Below the pieces are notes generated by a model that saw nothing but the letters and a program-made list of their open reading frames with translations, was not told where the DNA came from and ran no database searches. Position numbers and translations under genes: made by a program. From NCBI GenBank assembly GCA_028534125.1, contig CM052832.1, positions 15,192,001 through 15,256,000 on the forward strand: a DNA stretch of 64,000 bases, written 5' to 3'. Positions within the stretch are counted from its first letter, which is position 1. Each line of letters starts with the position of its first letter. Of this stretch, positions 26,418 through 39,800 are shown piece after piece. This DNA comes from Lama glama. Its lineage: Eukaryota.

Positions 26418-26810
26418 GTGTGTCAGGACCAGGTTTGCCTGCAGAGAAGTGATACCAGCTTACATAAGATAGACGTTTTTTTCTCACCTTCACATGGGCA
26501 GTCCAGGGCTGGTTCTTGGGGGCACTGCGGCTCTCTGGTTGCACTGCCATTTTCACAACGTGGCTCCCACTGCATGGTCAGAGACTGCAGCCATGACTTG
26601 TCAGCCCTCCAGCCAGGGGCAGGAGCGGAGCCTGCTTATCCCTTTGAGACATTTCCTGAAATCCACAAATGGCTGTTGTTGGCGTGGCCAGTTACATGGC
26701 CACACCTGGCTGCCAAGGAGGACTGTGCAATTGTGCAAGCAGTTTGTTTCTGCCTAAAAAGCAGGGTTCTATTGATAAGAGAGGCAGGGGATGGCTGTCT
26801 TGTGGTGACT
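26418..26810 (-). mobile_element. LTR33-like ERVL LTR
   Basis: 'gcttacataagatagacgttttttctcac', 'gcagtccagggctgg', 'tacatggccacacctggctgccaagg', 'gggttctatt'. Confidence 0.6.
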
Positions 26811-28577
26811 ATGGGACTCCCTGACAGTCAGGATGATCCATGTTGGTGAGGGGGGAAGGACTCCTGACCACAGCTGCTGCCAGCTGCCACGCGCCACGGC
26901 CCTGAAGGCCCCTGGAGGCATGGGGGGTGGGGGTGGGGGTGATGGGCAGAAGGGTCTTGGAATCCGGGAACCTGGGGAGCCTGGGCAGACTGAGGTCTCC
27001 TTACCTGGCCAACAAGACTCTCCCTGCTCCTGGGGTTGGGACTCAGCATTCTCACTTGGTCCTCCTTGGAGTTTGACAGCCAGCTTCAACAGCATAGGTG
27101 TGTGCAGCTAAGGATGCAGCCAGGAGCTAGCAGCCCTGCTCCCAGGGCGCTCCTGTGGGTGGGAGGGGAGGAGATCCAGAAGGAGACAGGGAGGTAGCCA
27201 TGGGGCTTAAATGGAGGAAAGGAGAGTGGAAGGGAGGCCTGAGGCAAGGGTAAGGGCAAGGGCAATTGCAAGGGCATTTCAGACCCATGGAAATTAGACT
27301 AACAAAAAGCAGAGACCACAAAGGGGCAGGGGGCATCTGGAGAGAGGCTGGCAGTTTGGTGGGATCAGAAGCATGGGCTGGGTGGGGAATGGCAGGGGTA
27401 GAAGGGAGGTCAGGGCCACCTGTGCTCCATGAACCCTAAATCCTACTGTGATTGCTCGGTTTTCCCTGAGCACTTGTTATATGTCAGACATTATGCTTAG
27501 AATTGGAAATGTTTAGTCATGTTTTTCCCTCATACAGCTCCCATGAGAGACATGCTGTCCTCATTTTACAGGGGAGGGTAGTGAGGCTCAGAGGGGTCAG
27601 GAACTTGCCCAAGGCCCAGAGCTGCCAAGCAGTGGGGCTGCCACTCACTCACTGCTGGGTCACCTGGTGATGTGCCAGGCTCAGGGGCAGATAAAGCTTG
27701 CTATAAAACCCAGGTGGGAAGTACCGTGGAGGGGACCCAGAGGGCTATCACATAGCCCTGAGAGGTGCATCCCAGCCCTGCAGAGCCACCCCAACCCGCC
27801 CATTCAGGCTCAGCCTCTCCCAGCTGCGCCCTCCCCTCTTCCAGTGTAACCTCTCGTGCACACAGGCTCCCTCCAGCTCCCACTGCCTTTTGGCCTCTCC
27901 CACATCCTGGGCAAATGAAACCTGCACCTCCTTGCACCTCCTCCACCTCTCGGCTCTACTCAGGGTTCAGAAGGCAGTCAGAAGTGGGAGGCTGCCAGGG
28001 CTATGCCTCCATCCCTGGGCCCAGCGGGGTTAGGATGTGTCTCTGGGCAAAAAGCATGTTTAGTGGCTGTCCTGTGCTCACTCAGAGTGGCTGAGAACTG
28101 GAAGGGGAGTAGGTGGGGACTGGGCTGTGGCTGCCCACCCATGGGGCGGGGTGGGGGGCACACTAAGTAGGCACTAAGTAAATGCTAATGACTCTTCCCA
28201 TCTTTCTCTTCCCCATCAAAAGTGCTTTGTGAAATTGTCTAGTTCCTCATAAAAATCTATGAATAACTATCTTCTTTTATGATAGCTTAAACAAACAAAA
28301 GTTTTCCCCCTCAAATTTCCATTTCAGGAACTAGTGGGGCTGAATATGTTTAGAGACACAGTTTTGAGGCCCAAAGAGAGGTTTGGGGGGCCAAGATGGA
28401 GCAGAACTGGGTGCCTGGGTGTTGGAACAGCGGACGTAAGCACTGTGGTGTGGGTAACCTCTTCTGGGGCCGGGCTCGGTGGCCATACCCCTCGCCAAAT
28501 CCACCCGGCTTCTCCCACTCGCTGATTCTGCTCCCCCAGAAAGTGACCCAAGTCCACTCCCCCCTCTTCCCTTGGTC

Positions 28578-29105
28578 GGGGCTCCTGACCTCACTGTGGT
28601 CCTCTGTACCTCAGGCTGCTGGGCCTGCTGTCTGGGCCATGTCCCCATGTCCATCAAGTCAATACTCCAGTACCTGTGCCCTCCAGGCCCCTCTCCCCAA
28701 ACTGCTGGACACCACACTGCAACCAACCACACATCCCAACAGGTCAGGCAGGCTGCTAGTTAGCCTCTAGTTAGCACCTAGAGAGGGCCTATCTAGCCCC
28801 CTCTTGTCCTCGGCCCTCCCTGACCTCCCTTGCATGTCAGCCCCTTTCACCCTCTCCTTCCCAGTGTGGGCACCACCCTTGGTCCTCACAGGGCCTTAGA
28901 TGCAGGGGCTAAATAAGCTGAGGCCTGATGGCCGTCTTCCCAAGGACCCCATAGCAACGGAGAGAGCTAGGCCTGCCCCTGCTCTCCCCTCTGCCTGGAC
29001 AGCTCCCACACCCACCTCACCCCGTACCCACAGGGCTCCCTCCTCAAGGGCCAGGGAGGCTCAGCCCAGCCCCGTGGCGGCCACCCTGACCCCAGAGAAG
29101 AAGCG
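28578..29105 (+). pseudogene. VWA domain relic 1
   Basis: APDLTVVLCTSGCW...IKSILQYL resembles DLVFLVDGSWS...; ARPAPAL...SSRAREAQPSPVAATLTPEK resembles TxTGxAL...GARxxxPKVAIIITDGK. Confidence 0.45.
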
Positions 29106-29517
29106 GCCTGCCTGGGCCCGCAGATCTGCTATACTATCCTTTGATTTTAGTTCTTTCGATACACCCACAGCTGTTGAACGTAACATTTCTTTGTTTTCTC
29201 CCCCACCCTCCCAGCTGGAACATCAGCCTTAGGGAGGTGGGTGCTTGTCTGTCTTGTTCACAGATGTATTCCCAAGGCCTTGGGCATGTGACTGTGGCCC
29301 AAAAATATTTGCTCAATGAATGAATGAATGAGCGAGTGAGTGAATGATTCTTATCCTGTTTATACAGGTGAGAAAAGTAAAACAGCTGCTCCCCCTGCAC
29401 CCCAGCCCCTCAAGTCTGTCTCCCAGGTCTCTCTCCATCTCCATTGTTGCCTGAGCTCAGGCGTCAGTCACCCCTGCTTTTCTAACCACAACAGGCTCCT
29501 AATTGGCCCTTTGCCCC

Positions 29518-29536
29518 TGGCGCCCCCTGCAGGTCC
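29518..29536 (-). promoter_or_regulatory. CTCF-like motif
   Basis: Minus strand GGACCTGCAGGGGGCGCCA versus consensus TGGCCACCAGGGGGCGCTA. Confidence 0.35.
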
Positions 29537-30499
29537 AGACCTTTCTCTAGCCCACACTGCCCACCTCTGCCCTGCGCGCCCCCGCCTGGCCCTCCAGTTG
29601 AATTCCTTCTTGTTTCTTAGTTGTGTCCTTTGCCGCCCTCCCCAATTCCTTCCCCTCGCTTGCTTCTGTCCATCTTTAGGTCTTAGCTCAGCCGTCTCCA
29701 CCTCCTGGAAGCTCTCCCTGCCCTTCGCCCCTCCAGACTGGGAGTGGCACCTCTCCTATTTGTTTCCCAATACCCTGTGCTTCCCCCAAACTATATCTGA
29801 TCACACTGCACCACCCACTCTGTGCTGGCCAAGGCCATATCCATCTTGCTTTCTGCCAGTCAACACTTCAGGGGCCAGCAGGAAGGCTGGTGAAGCCATT
29901 ATGCCACCCTCAGTGTGAGGGCCTTTGGTGGGATGGAGGATGAGACAGGGAGGCAGCTGTGCTGGGACATAGCTGGCAGGGGTGCTGGCCTCCTCCCTGG
30001 CCATCTTCAGTGACACAGGGCTGGCATGTGAGGTGGTACCAGCTGATGAGCTGTAAGTAGAAGGTGCTAGGCCTAAAAGGGCCCAGTCTGCCCATCAGGA
30101 CTTCTGTCCCTCCCCTCTGGGTTTGGTACCTAGAGGACCATCAGCCTCTTGTAACCACGAGGAAGGAGGTAACATGCTAACGGTGGCAGAAGGATGGACA
30201 ACATCCCAGTGGCCTGTGCCCCAGCCCCAGCCCCAACCCCAGCCTGCCAGCCTCCACACTTCCTCTCCCAGTGGACATGGGTGCTATGCCTGGGCCACTG
30301 GCAAAGATCTTTGGGGAGACTCATCTGCCCTCTTCATTGTCCTGGCTGCTCGCTGGGGAATGAAGGCATCTCCTTTCCCCACCACTGTGCCATCCCCACT
30401 CCTGACCCATTGGGAGACCCCTCCAGGCACACTCCTGGGCTAAGCACCCATCTCAGGATCTAAAAGGATGTTACAACCTTTTACAATTTTCTGTTTTAA

Positions 30500-31300
30500 T
30501 CCTCAGTCTGAGCTGAGGTTCCCTTGGTCCTACCAGCCCCTTGGGGAGTGGGTTAATAGGCTGCCTGATCTCTAACTCTGGTCTGTCTGGCTCCCCTGCC
30601 TACCTTGGTTGCGGCTTCCAGAAACCCCCTGCCCGCCAGGCTTGTCCCCTACCCCTGGGGAGTCAGTTAGGAGACCCTGAGGAGGTATTCCCTGACCCAG
30701 CCTCCAGGGATTATCTGGACCTCGAGGCTGGGGATGTGGGGAGAGGCAGCCGGGCCCATCTCGCTGGATTTGGGCCCAGATAGGCACGTTTGATTCACTC
30801 ACTGTGGACTTTGGGCACAGGGCCACAGGACTCCGCCCACGGCCATTTGGCGGAGCAGTCAGTATCAGCACTTTGCTCTCAGTACTAATGACCATATAAG
30901 TACCTTGAAAAGAAGGAGGGGATGCTGGCAGCCAGGGTGAGAGGTAGAGGGGTTAGCATCTCCTAGTAATAATGGCGGCTGATGGGGCAGGATTGCAACA
31001 TTTAAGCAACACAACATTGGGCAGAGAAAATGAAATTTCTTTATTTGGTCTATAGCTTCAAGAAAGACTGTGCAAATGCCCAATCTGACTTAAAATTCAG
31101 TCCCATTCAACAACGGAGGGTCTCCCAGGTGCAGGTGTGGCCTTCTCCAGTCCCCTGGGTGGAGTTCTTGGCCTCCCTGGGTGCAGGACTGTGGCTCCTT
31201 CTGTGGCCTGAGCAACACCCCTCCTGGCACTCGGAGCCAGCTGTAGCCTCCATGTGGTCCAGCCCCATATCCACACTGGAGTCACCTCCAAACAAGGCAC
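30500..31300 (+). pseudogene. FN3 relics between VWA1 and VWA2
   Basis: AHLAGFGP(D) near 30755; acceptor ttggtctatag at 31055, then AQSDLKFSPI...QVWPSPVP (FN3 PSDL..W.PSP.P). Confidence 0.5.
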
Positions 31301-31388
31301 CTCTGTAGCCACACAGCTTCTGGGTCCTGCCTATAGCACGTGGGGATGAGGGCAGATCAAGAAAACAGACTCAGTGACCCCCTCGGCC

Positions 31389-32012
31389 TGCAGGAAAATT
31401 GGACCAGGGGCAGATCTGTGCCTAGGTGGCCATGGGGCGGGTCACCTTTTGTTTTGGACTAACTCAGCTAATGATGCTCTCTGTGCTCTGGGTGAGTCCT
31501 GGAGAGGGGTTTCCCTTTCTTTTTTCTCCATCCCCGAGTCAGCTGTGCCCCTTCCTTTTCTGCCTGGACCTCACTCCATGGTCCAGTTCACCGAGCCTGG
31601 CCCTCCTCGTACTCCTGAGGATGATAAAGGAAGTCAGACACTCTTCTTTCAGAACCAAACTGAGTTTGTTAACTCCTGGAATTACAGCCAATACAATGCT
31701 CGGAACCAGAAACTGGGGATTCTACTGCCTCTTTCGTTCTTTCTAGAACAAATTGGAATACTCCCACATTCCAATCTTAGCTACAATGTTGGGCCTCCCC
31801 TCTACCTGGGTGTCATTCCTGGATTTGTTCCTTTGTTCCTAGGTGATTTTGGGGGGCATGAAATCTGGCTAGTCCTCCATGGCAGGCTGATGTCGTCCTA
31901 ATCCATTAAGACCCCAAAGCCCCATTCTACTCGCAAACCAGCCTCATCCCTGTTCTTGTGTATATTCTCTTCCCAGGAAGTTGATGCTAGGGGAATGTAA
32001 TTTCCTTGTGGA
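31389..32012 (+). pseudogene. VWA domain relic 2
   Basis: SMVQFTEPGPPRT (31575) resembles AMVQFTDDPRTEF; FQNQTEFVNSWNYSQYNARNQKLG (31647-31718) aligns without gaps to Y..K..LL.AI..I.YKGGNTKTG; then LSFFLEQI, GHEIWLV, QADV, RKP. Confidence 0.6.
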
Positions 32013-32359
32013 GGTCAAAGAGTCTCTGGCCATCCAGGCCAAGTTCAAGGCCAGGTCATGATCCAGGGGGGCCTGGCCCCCTGGACAGTGCTGACTCAGG
32101 GCCCTGCCCCTAGCTCCTCCAACCTTCCAAGCTCTTCACCCAGGGACAGTGCTTTGGTTTCCTTCCTGACTCCAACCCAGACTCTTAGGAAGCAATTCTT
32201 GCACTCTCTCTGCCAGGGAGGGGCCCAGGGGCCCATTGTTAGCATCCCCAGTGCTGCAGACAGATTTCTGCTTTGGTGGTTCTTTGGGGGCTAACCCTTA
32301 GTCCTCCATCCCCTTTACCTTTTCACTTACTCTAACTTCCTAAGCCTACATGTCCCCAG

Positions 32360-33645
32360 AAACCAGGACAGCAGTGATGTTAAACCTCAGAAACCCCAAC
32401 ACCTTATCCTTACAAAAATGGCATTTCCCCAGACCTTTGCAGCCAGATAGATACCGTAACTTGGATTCCATTACCCTCACTTATGAACCAGATTGTCAAG
32501 CAGGATCAGTCCCAAAGGGGAGGTCCCTCGTTTGAAGGCCTTGAGGGTGGATGTTCCTGCCTGGAAAACCTCCTCCCCTAGACCATCCACAGAGGGTTGT
32601 ATGAGACCCTTTACCAGGTCTTCTCTGGTGGATAGGGGCCAGGGGGCTGCCAGAGAGGCCCGGGGACAGATATGTGGACCTGTCATGGCTCCATCTATCT
32701 CAGGCTGTCTGCCTCCGTTCCCACCATCTGGGACAGTGGTCCCACTTGCAGTGAGGCTTCATATGCTGCTCCAACTGGCTAATTCTGCACCCCTACCAGT
32801 CCTCCTGACTTCCTGCAGCCTGTGAATCCACAAACAATATCCAGAACAAACTGGACCTCAGTTGACCTTCAGGAGACTCCAGAAAATCCTAAGAGGTAGG
32901 AAAGCGAAATCAGAGCCTGGGGGCCACAAAGAACCCAGGAGAAGAAAAGACCTTCCCAGTCACTGATGTTTCTGCTTGGTCAGGGACAAATGCTCTGTGA
33001 TCATTTCTGAGACGTCTCTAACAACCTTATATTATCTTAATTATCTTATAAGGATGGGACAAGTCCATCCTTTATGCATGGGAGGACTTGTCACCTCCCA
33101 TGCTAAACTGGGACCCGGTGACGAAGAAGCAGGGAGCTGGAGCATCCCTTGGTGGCCATGCTGAGAGCAGGGAGGGGAGCCCCAGAAGGTAGGGTAGGTG
33201 GGTGCAGCTGTGAAGAGAAGAGGATGCTGCACCCAGACCCTGAGGCCTGAGCAAGAAAGGAACCCACAGAGATTCGACCTAGGACCAGGAAGCAAGGTGG
33301 GGCTTAACTGGCAAGAGCCCCATTACAAACAGAGACAGGGACAAGGAGGGGGAAGTGAGTCAGATGGGGAGTTGAAGGTGACATGGGGAAGGGGGGCAGG
33401 TTTGGAGGATGGTAGGTCCATGCAGAGGAGATGCCTTGTGGGGCAACTTGCTTTGTGGGACAGCAATGTGGGAGGCCCCAGAAGCTCATCAGATGGATGC
33501 CTGTTGGGCAAGGGTGGAGCACCCAAAGCCATGCCTCACTCTGCATCTCCTGAGCCCAGACACCAAGCCCCAGAAGTTCCCCAAGGCTCAGGCTCAGGCG
33601 CTCTTTGGTGACACTCTGGGATGCTCAGAAACCTTCCATTAGGGG
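32360..33645 (+). pseudogene. FN3 relics (at least three repeats)
   Basis: NPNTLSLQKWHFPRPLQPDRYR; VDVPAWKTS..GLYETLYQV; PDFLQPVNPQTISRTNW; GDKCSVIISETSLTTLYYL; WEAP...LTLHLLSPDTK...QALFGD followed by donor GG|GTAAGG. Confidence 0.6.
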
Positions 33646-34699
33646 TAAGGGGCCTGCCAAAGGCAGAGAACACAGATGGGGAGAAGGGCTATCTGCCACC
33701 CCGTCCCTTGCTCTCCATATAGTTTTGTCCAGCAGACACATTTATAGGAGCGGGGCTTCAGCCCCAAATAGCCCCACCCAGACCCGTATTAGCTTCAAGT
33801 TCTGCTTTCCAAACTTGGATATTTTCTCTCTTAGAAATAAAAGATTGGAGCTCTCCGGCAAGTACAGAAAGAGGGAAAGAAGCCCTTAGAAGAGAGAAAA
33901 AGACATCATCAACCTATTCTAGAACTGCCCTCAGTGAAGATCTTGAGTTCTTCTCGGAGCTTCCCTGCCCCATCCCTGCCTCCACTGGCCCTGCCTGAAC
34001 TTCGAGGGACCCTCAGCGTCAGCCAGTTACCTTCTCTTCCTTAGGCTTCTCATTGGATTGGCCAGGTGGGGGCCCAGATGTAGTGGTGACAGTGTGGTCA
34101 GCTGGAAAAGAGAACAAGGCTGGAACTGCCATGCTAAAACTAGAAATAGGTCCTAGTCAAAGGCTCCGTCCAGGACACCCCACACCTGGGCGGGGGAAGT
34201 GCAAAAGCCCTGTCCTTCCTGTACCTAGTGCAAGGCCCTCCCCACGGCTCATTGCTGGACCAGACACTGTTCCCCAAGGACTGTGACACCCCAAAGGCTC
34301 ACTGTGCCCAGCATCACACCTCCACTCTGTCAGACAGCCTGGGAACATGCTCCTCCCTCCCCAACCCCCAGAGACCCCTCTGGACTATTGCGCCCTCAAG
34401 AGAAGGCCTGTCCCGGGCAGGGGAACAGAACCACACATTTTTGGCCCTCCCTTTCCCTGCCTCCAGGGGTTCAGGCTCAAATGAATCTAGAAATGCATTC
34501 TAGTCCACAAATCTTTCAGCATCCCATCTGTCAGCAAACGCTGGCTGGCCCTAGTCCAGAACTCATTCCTTCCCAGTGCCTGGCAGGCCCTCTTCCCAGT
34601 TGGGAGCTCCTCTGTATTGGGTCCTGGAATGAGAGTCAAGGAGGTTTGATTGGACCCCCATCCCACTCCAGACTTGGTGTCTGTCCCTTTGTTGTCATC

Positions 34700-35005
34700 C
34701 ACCCGTTCATCCATTCAACAAATACTCATGGAGCCCCTCTGGGTCAGGCACCATTCTAGAAGCTGAAGGTACAGCTTCAGCCAAGAATGACCAAACCCTG
34801 CCTGCATGGATTTTAGCTTCCAGGGAGGAGAGACAGACAACCAACAAGGAAACAGATGGACAAGATAAATCCAGATAATAGTAAGTGCTATGAAGAAAAT
34901 AGAACCAGACAAGCTAGCCTTGGTGGGGGGAGGGAGGCCAGTGGAGCTGCGGGGCATCAGAAGAGACTTTTCTGAGGGGGAAAGCTAAGCTGAGCTGATG
35001 AGATG
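34700..35005 (-). mobile_element. L2 3' end
   Basis: 'cattcaacaaatactcatggagc', 'gtaagtgctatgaagaaaat'. Confidence 0.75.
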
Positions 35006-36879
35006 AGGACGCATGTCGTTCAGTTCAATTCGGCCTATATTCACTGGTCACCCTGTGCCCCATGGCTGTGCCGTTTCCAGTCACCCTGGAGCCTGGCTGT
35101 GGACCCCAGTTCTGGGCCCTGGGAGGGACTTCATTCCTTCCCCTCCCTGTACCTCAAACCCTATCATTCCCCACCACAGCCCTCCTCTGAGCTGACCTGG
35201 CTAGGTAGGACAGGACTGACTAATGGCCCCCCTGGTCCTATAATGCCAAGCAGGCCAGCTTGCCCACTTAGACAGTGGTTTGACTTAGAAAACGCTGAAG
35301 TCTGTCCTCTCAGCCCAGTTGCTGAGTCTACTTCCTTCCCAAGCAGGCTATCCCCTCTTGGTCCCCTCGTCCCCACCACGTCATTCCCACTGCACCCCCT
35401 GGGTCATCTGAACTTTCCATCCAAATGGTCCTCAGCACCATGTCTAGCTATTTCATTGCCCTTGGAGAACTCCCGTTTTCCACTGAGATGCCAGTTGTTG
35501 GAGCACATGTCATTTTTGCCTCTATGTAACCAGTGCCCAGACTTATTCAGCATCCTTTAATACTGAGACCTCAGCACCAGTATTACACAGGCAGCTAGTT
35601 CACAGGCCAGCTTCCCCCCCCAAACTCTTTGCTTCTCCCCTAGGTTGAGGGATGAAGGGCTTTAAAAGAAAAGCAGGGTCAGACCCATCCTCAAAGAGTT
35701 AATTATCTTGCTAGATAGAGAAAAGAATGCCTAAGAAACTCTTAGAGGTTAAAACAGAGCTAGGCCACCAATGGACTATAATACACCACTCAATAAAATA
35801 TGGGATGCAGACACAAAAGCTCTATGTAGTCAGAGGACCGGCAAGACGGTGGTGAGCTGGAGTGGACCAGGAAAGCTTCCTGGAGAAGGCCCCAGGGAGG
35901 CCTTGGACAGAGGACAGACTGATAGGGAGAAGTGAGGGGTGGGCTGGTAAGCTGTAGATAACCTAGATACTCAAAGAACCAACCAAACCGAAAAAACCAA
36001 AAAAGTCACCGCACTCTAGAGACAGTACAGAATGAGTCCGTGGGGCCAGGACAAAGGAGGACCCCATGAAGTCCTGTTTCCTTGTTACTTTTCTGAAGGC
36101 TTGTGGAGGCTAGGCTGCAGAGGCCTGAGCCACTCTCCTCTCTTTGGCCCAGTCAAGAGGACACACCTGCTGAGGGCTGGCTGGTTCTAGAGTCAGTTTG
36201 CTGGGGACAAGGAAACAACTGGGGAAAGTTCCCTGGCAGGGAGGGGCTTTGGTCATTTGGATTTGGGGGCAGAGGCAGGCAGTGCATGGCCACCTCTGTG
36301 CCCAAGGAAGAGGCCAGCTGTGGACTCTGTCATTGGCTCAGGAAGCGAGGAATGGAGGTTAGGAGCTGGAGCCAGAGACAAGCCCTCCAAAGTAGGCGTG
36401 AGGCAGCCACCCCTCCCCCAACCCTGCCCCCGCAGCTCAAGCCTGGCTGATGAAGAGAGGTTTCTAATCAGATCACCAATCATTGGCTCAGACGTAGTCC
36501 ACCATTTCCCAGACTCTCTTCTCTGCTCCCAAGGCTCAGAACACGCATCCTCCTGGCCACCCCAGGTCGACAGAGCATCCTACCCCAGCATGAATCATCA
36601 TACTTCTTCCTCTGTCTCTGTACGTTAGGGTCTTCTACAGCTGACTCTCTCTGCCTCATCCTCCATCCCCCAGCCCCCTTAATTAACCTGCCCCTGAATT
36701 CTAGAACCTCCCACCTCCAGATAATCCATACACAGCAAGCGCTTGCTGCTGTCCTCTCTGCCCTGCTTATTCCAGGCCGAGTTCAGCATCTCATTCTACC
36801 CCCGCCCCTCCACTCTGCCTGCTAGATTTGGTTTCAGTGCTAGCATTCCCATCTACAATTGTCTGGCTCATCTCAAGTC

Positions 36880-39800
36880 TTCAGAGTTCTGTTGGAGGAC
36901 ACGGGACATGGCAGGGCCTCTGAGACTGAATGCATGGGTTGGATGAATGGTTCTAAGCTGCTGGAAGTGAGGCTCAAATGGGATCAGGGTAGTTTTTCAA
37001 CTAAAATTGGAGAAAATGCCAATTGGCATCAACCTGTATGAGATTCAAATTGGTACCTACCCCATAACAGGCAGTGATCAGGAGGGAATGTAAAGGGATT
37101 TGAAGAAAATCAGGGTAACAGTGAAATTTACCCACAAAATCTGACAACTGGCAGGCCCGGAAAGTAGGAGAAAAACAAAACTATGTAACTGTGTCTACAT
37201 ACATGTCGCAAGTGGAGAAATAAAATGGATGACTTGGAGTGTTTGGTGCAGTCTCTGCAGCAGTGGGTGGAAGAGATGAAGTGGAAGGCAACTGACCAAT
37301 GACCGCGGCTCTGAGGGACTGGAAATTCTACAGGAAGGGAGAAGCTAGGAGGGCCATACCCCACCGGCTGGTTCAACCAACAGCTCCATACATGGAGAAG
37401 CAGACAGTTGTTACAGAGCCATAATAGATTGGTTTTCAATAACGAAATCTCATTTTACTAATTGCCCTGAGGTGTCTCCCAAAGCTTTCTGGAACTTTCT
37501 CTTTTCCCATTGCACCATTTTCTGGACGATGAGTTCCCCTCAGTCAGTTGCTACTTCATGACTCAAGATAAAACTCCACCCTCCTGGCTCCAACTGCTGA
37601 TTCCTCTTCAGAACGAGACACGGAGGTATAACTCTTGGTTAAGATAAATGACTGCCTTTTTCGATACAGAGTTTTCTCAACCACAGAGAGAGGGAAGAGG
37701 CTGGTTTGTGATCCAAAGAAACAGACTTCAGGATGTCATGGAGGCTCTTAATACCCACATGATAACAGTTAGTGCTCTGGTGGCAGAGACCTCCCAGACA
37801 GGCCCCTCAGGTGCTCCATTTCAGTCAAAGAAACTATGATGAAATGTGGCCAACAGTAAGGGGGAAAAATCAAAAGGAACAGTTTAAAGAGGAAAAACAC
37901 CACAGGAAGCCTTGGAGAATATTTGAAAACGGGGAAAAAAACAACAAAAAAATGAGTCTTGCAGAACAAAAGTCTAGGCCCATGACCAGAGGCCACAGGC
38001 AGCTGAACGCAAGGCCGCCGTGGGCAGAAAGTCTCCCAGGAGAGAGGGTCTGGGAGCCGGGAGCCCCTTTCAAGGGCCTTCAGAAACATCAAAAGTAGGA
38101 ACTAAAGAATAAATGGGGCTGCAGAAGGAGTCCGTCAATGGTAGAATGAAGGCAGGATGCACAGAACCCCAGACATCTTGCAAACTAATGACATGTCTCC
38201 CCTGTCTGCCGACTACGCACAGAGGTGAGGGCAAAGGACGGCTGGCCACACTGTCCAAACCAGCTCACTCTCGTGGCTACCCAGGCAGCCCCCAGGGAGC
38301 CACAGGAAGCATGGCCAGGAGAGAGGCTTCTATCCTTGCCAGAACCTGGGCAAAGCCCTGGCACAGATTAATGTCCACACAAGTGCTATGAAAAATAAAA
38401 GGTTCTATGCCCATCACAAGTACTGTCACTATTGTTAGTGTAATAATGTGGGTAAAAACCCTCACATTGCCCTTTTGTTCTGGGCCAGACATTGTAAGAT
38501 CTAAAGAAGATTTGCCCAGAGACTTTGAGCAGGGATGTTGAGAATTTCTTGGGCATCTTTGGGCAAATTAGAAAAAGGCATCCCGCTGGGTGGATCCAGG
38601 GCAGCTGGGTCAATTAGGGCAGCAGTATCTGTAGGGCAAGACTTAAATAGGCTTTGCCACAGGAGACACTGGATACAAGGCCTGGAGGATTCCCAAGGGG
38701 AAATGGCCTTGAGTATGTATGATGTGATTGATCATCTTCAACATCTTTTACCTTCACTGGCGAGGGCAGGGGGAGAAGACAGAGGTGGCAAGTTCTTCAC
38801 CGGGAGCAGTGCCTGGGCAGGAAGAACCACTGCCGTGTTGATGGCTGCGGTTTCCAGCAGGCTGGAAGGAGGTCCAACACCTCTGGGAGGTGACCTCAGA
38901 AGTGACTGGCCTTGGAGCCCAATGGAACTGCTTCATATTATTCTATCTCTCTGTTTTTTAAAGGAAACTTTTTGTCGAAGTAGATCAAGCATGCCGAAAA
39001 ATGTCCATGTCATAAATGGATAGGCCATGGCATCTCATCCACTGAAAGGACCCGTGAACTAGTCTGAGATCAGCAAATCTCAAGAATAGAGGAAGCCCCC
39101 CATCCCCACCCCAGGAGCTCCTGGTATTCCTTCCTAGTGATCTCTCTCCCCAAGAGTAATCACTACCCTAAAATCTAACCCCACCAGTTACTTTTGCCTA
39201 TTTCTTGAACTTTACATAAATGATTGCAAGGGTCTCTAGTCTTTTATGTCTGACCTCTTTTGCTCAACCATTATATGTTCTTACAATGTATCCACACTGT
39301 TGCATGGAATATACCATGATTTATTTATCCATTATACCACTGATGGGCACTTAGGCCATTTTTTCCTTTTAAATGACTTTTTTTTTTGATTACAAAGATA
39401 AACAAATAGTCATCATAAAAAACGTCCCCATTTTCAATCTCATGGAGAGCTCCAGGTTCTGGAGTCCCCTGGGTAGTCTCAGCATTCAGGCTTCACTCCC
39501 TTCCTTCACTGCTTAGACCCCCTCTCATAAGCATTTACCCCTCTGGGCTCTTGTCCTCGCATCTCAGCCTCCTTTCAATCCCCTAGCCCAGGACCAGTCC
39601 CTAGCTTGGTCTTTCAGCCTCAGAAGCGCAGGCATCTAAGTATCCCAGGATGCTACTGTCCAGTAAAGTGTGTGCCCTCACACCTGCCCTTTCCCTTGGC
39701 TGTGAAGTCTCTGGACTTCTTGCAACCACCATGTGCCACTGCACCTGTCTCTCTCCCCAGGCCTCCAGGAGCTGGGAGTGGAGCCCTCCACCAGGGCCCA

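Noticed and set aside
37180..37760. Apparent CXC-chemokine pseudogene (LCNCV...; VFSTTERGKRLVCDPKK-RLQDVMEALN)
   Set aside because: Both pieces lie in register within the CR1 ORF2 endonuclease relic (CLYTNA..NK; QP.RG..LDLV..VQDV), which explains them better
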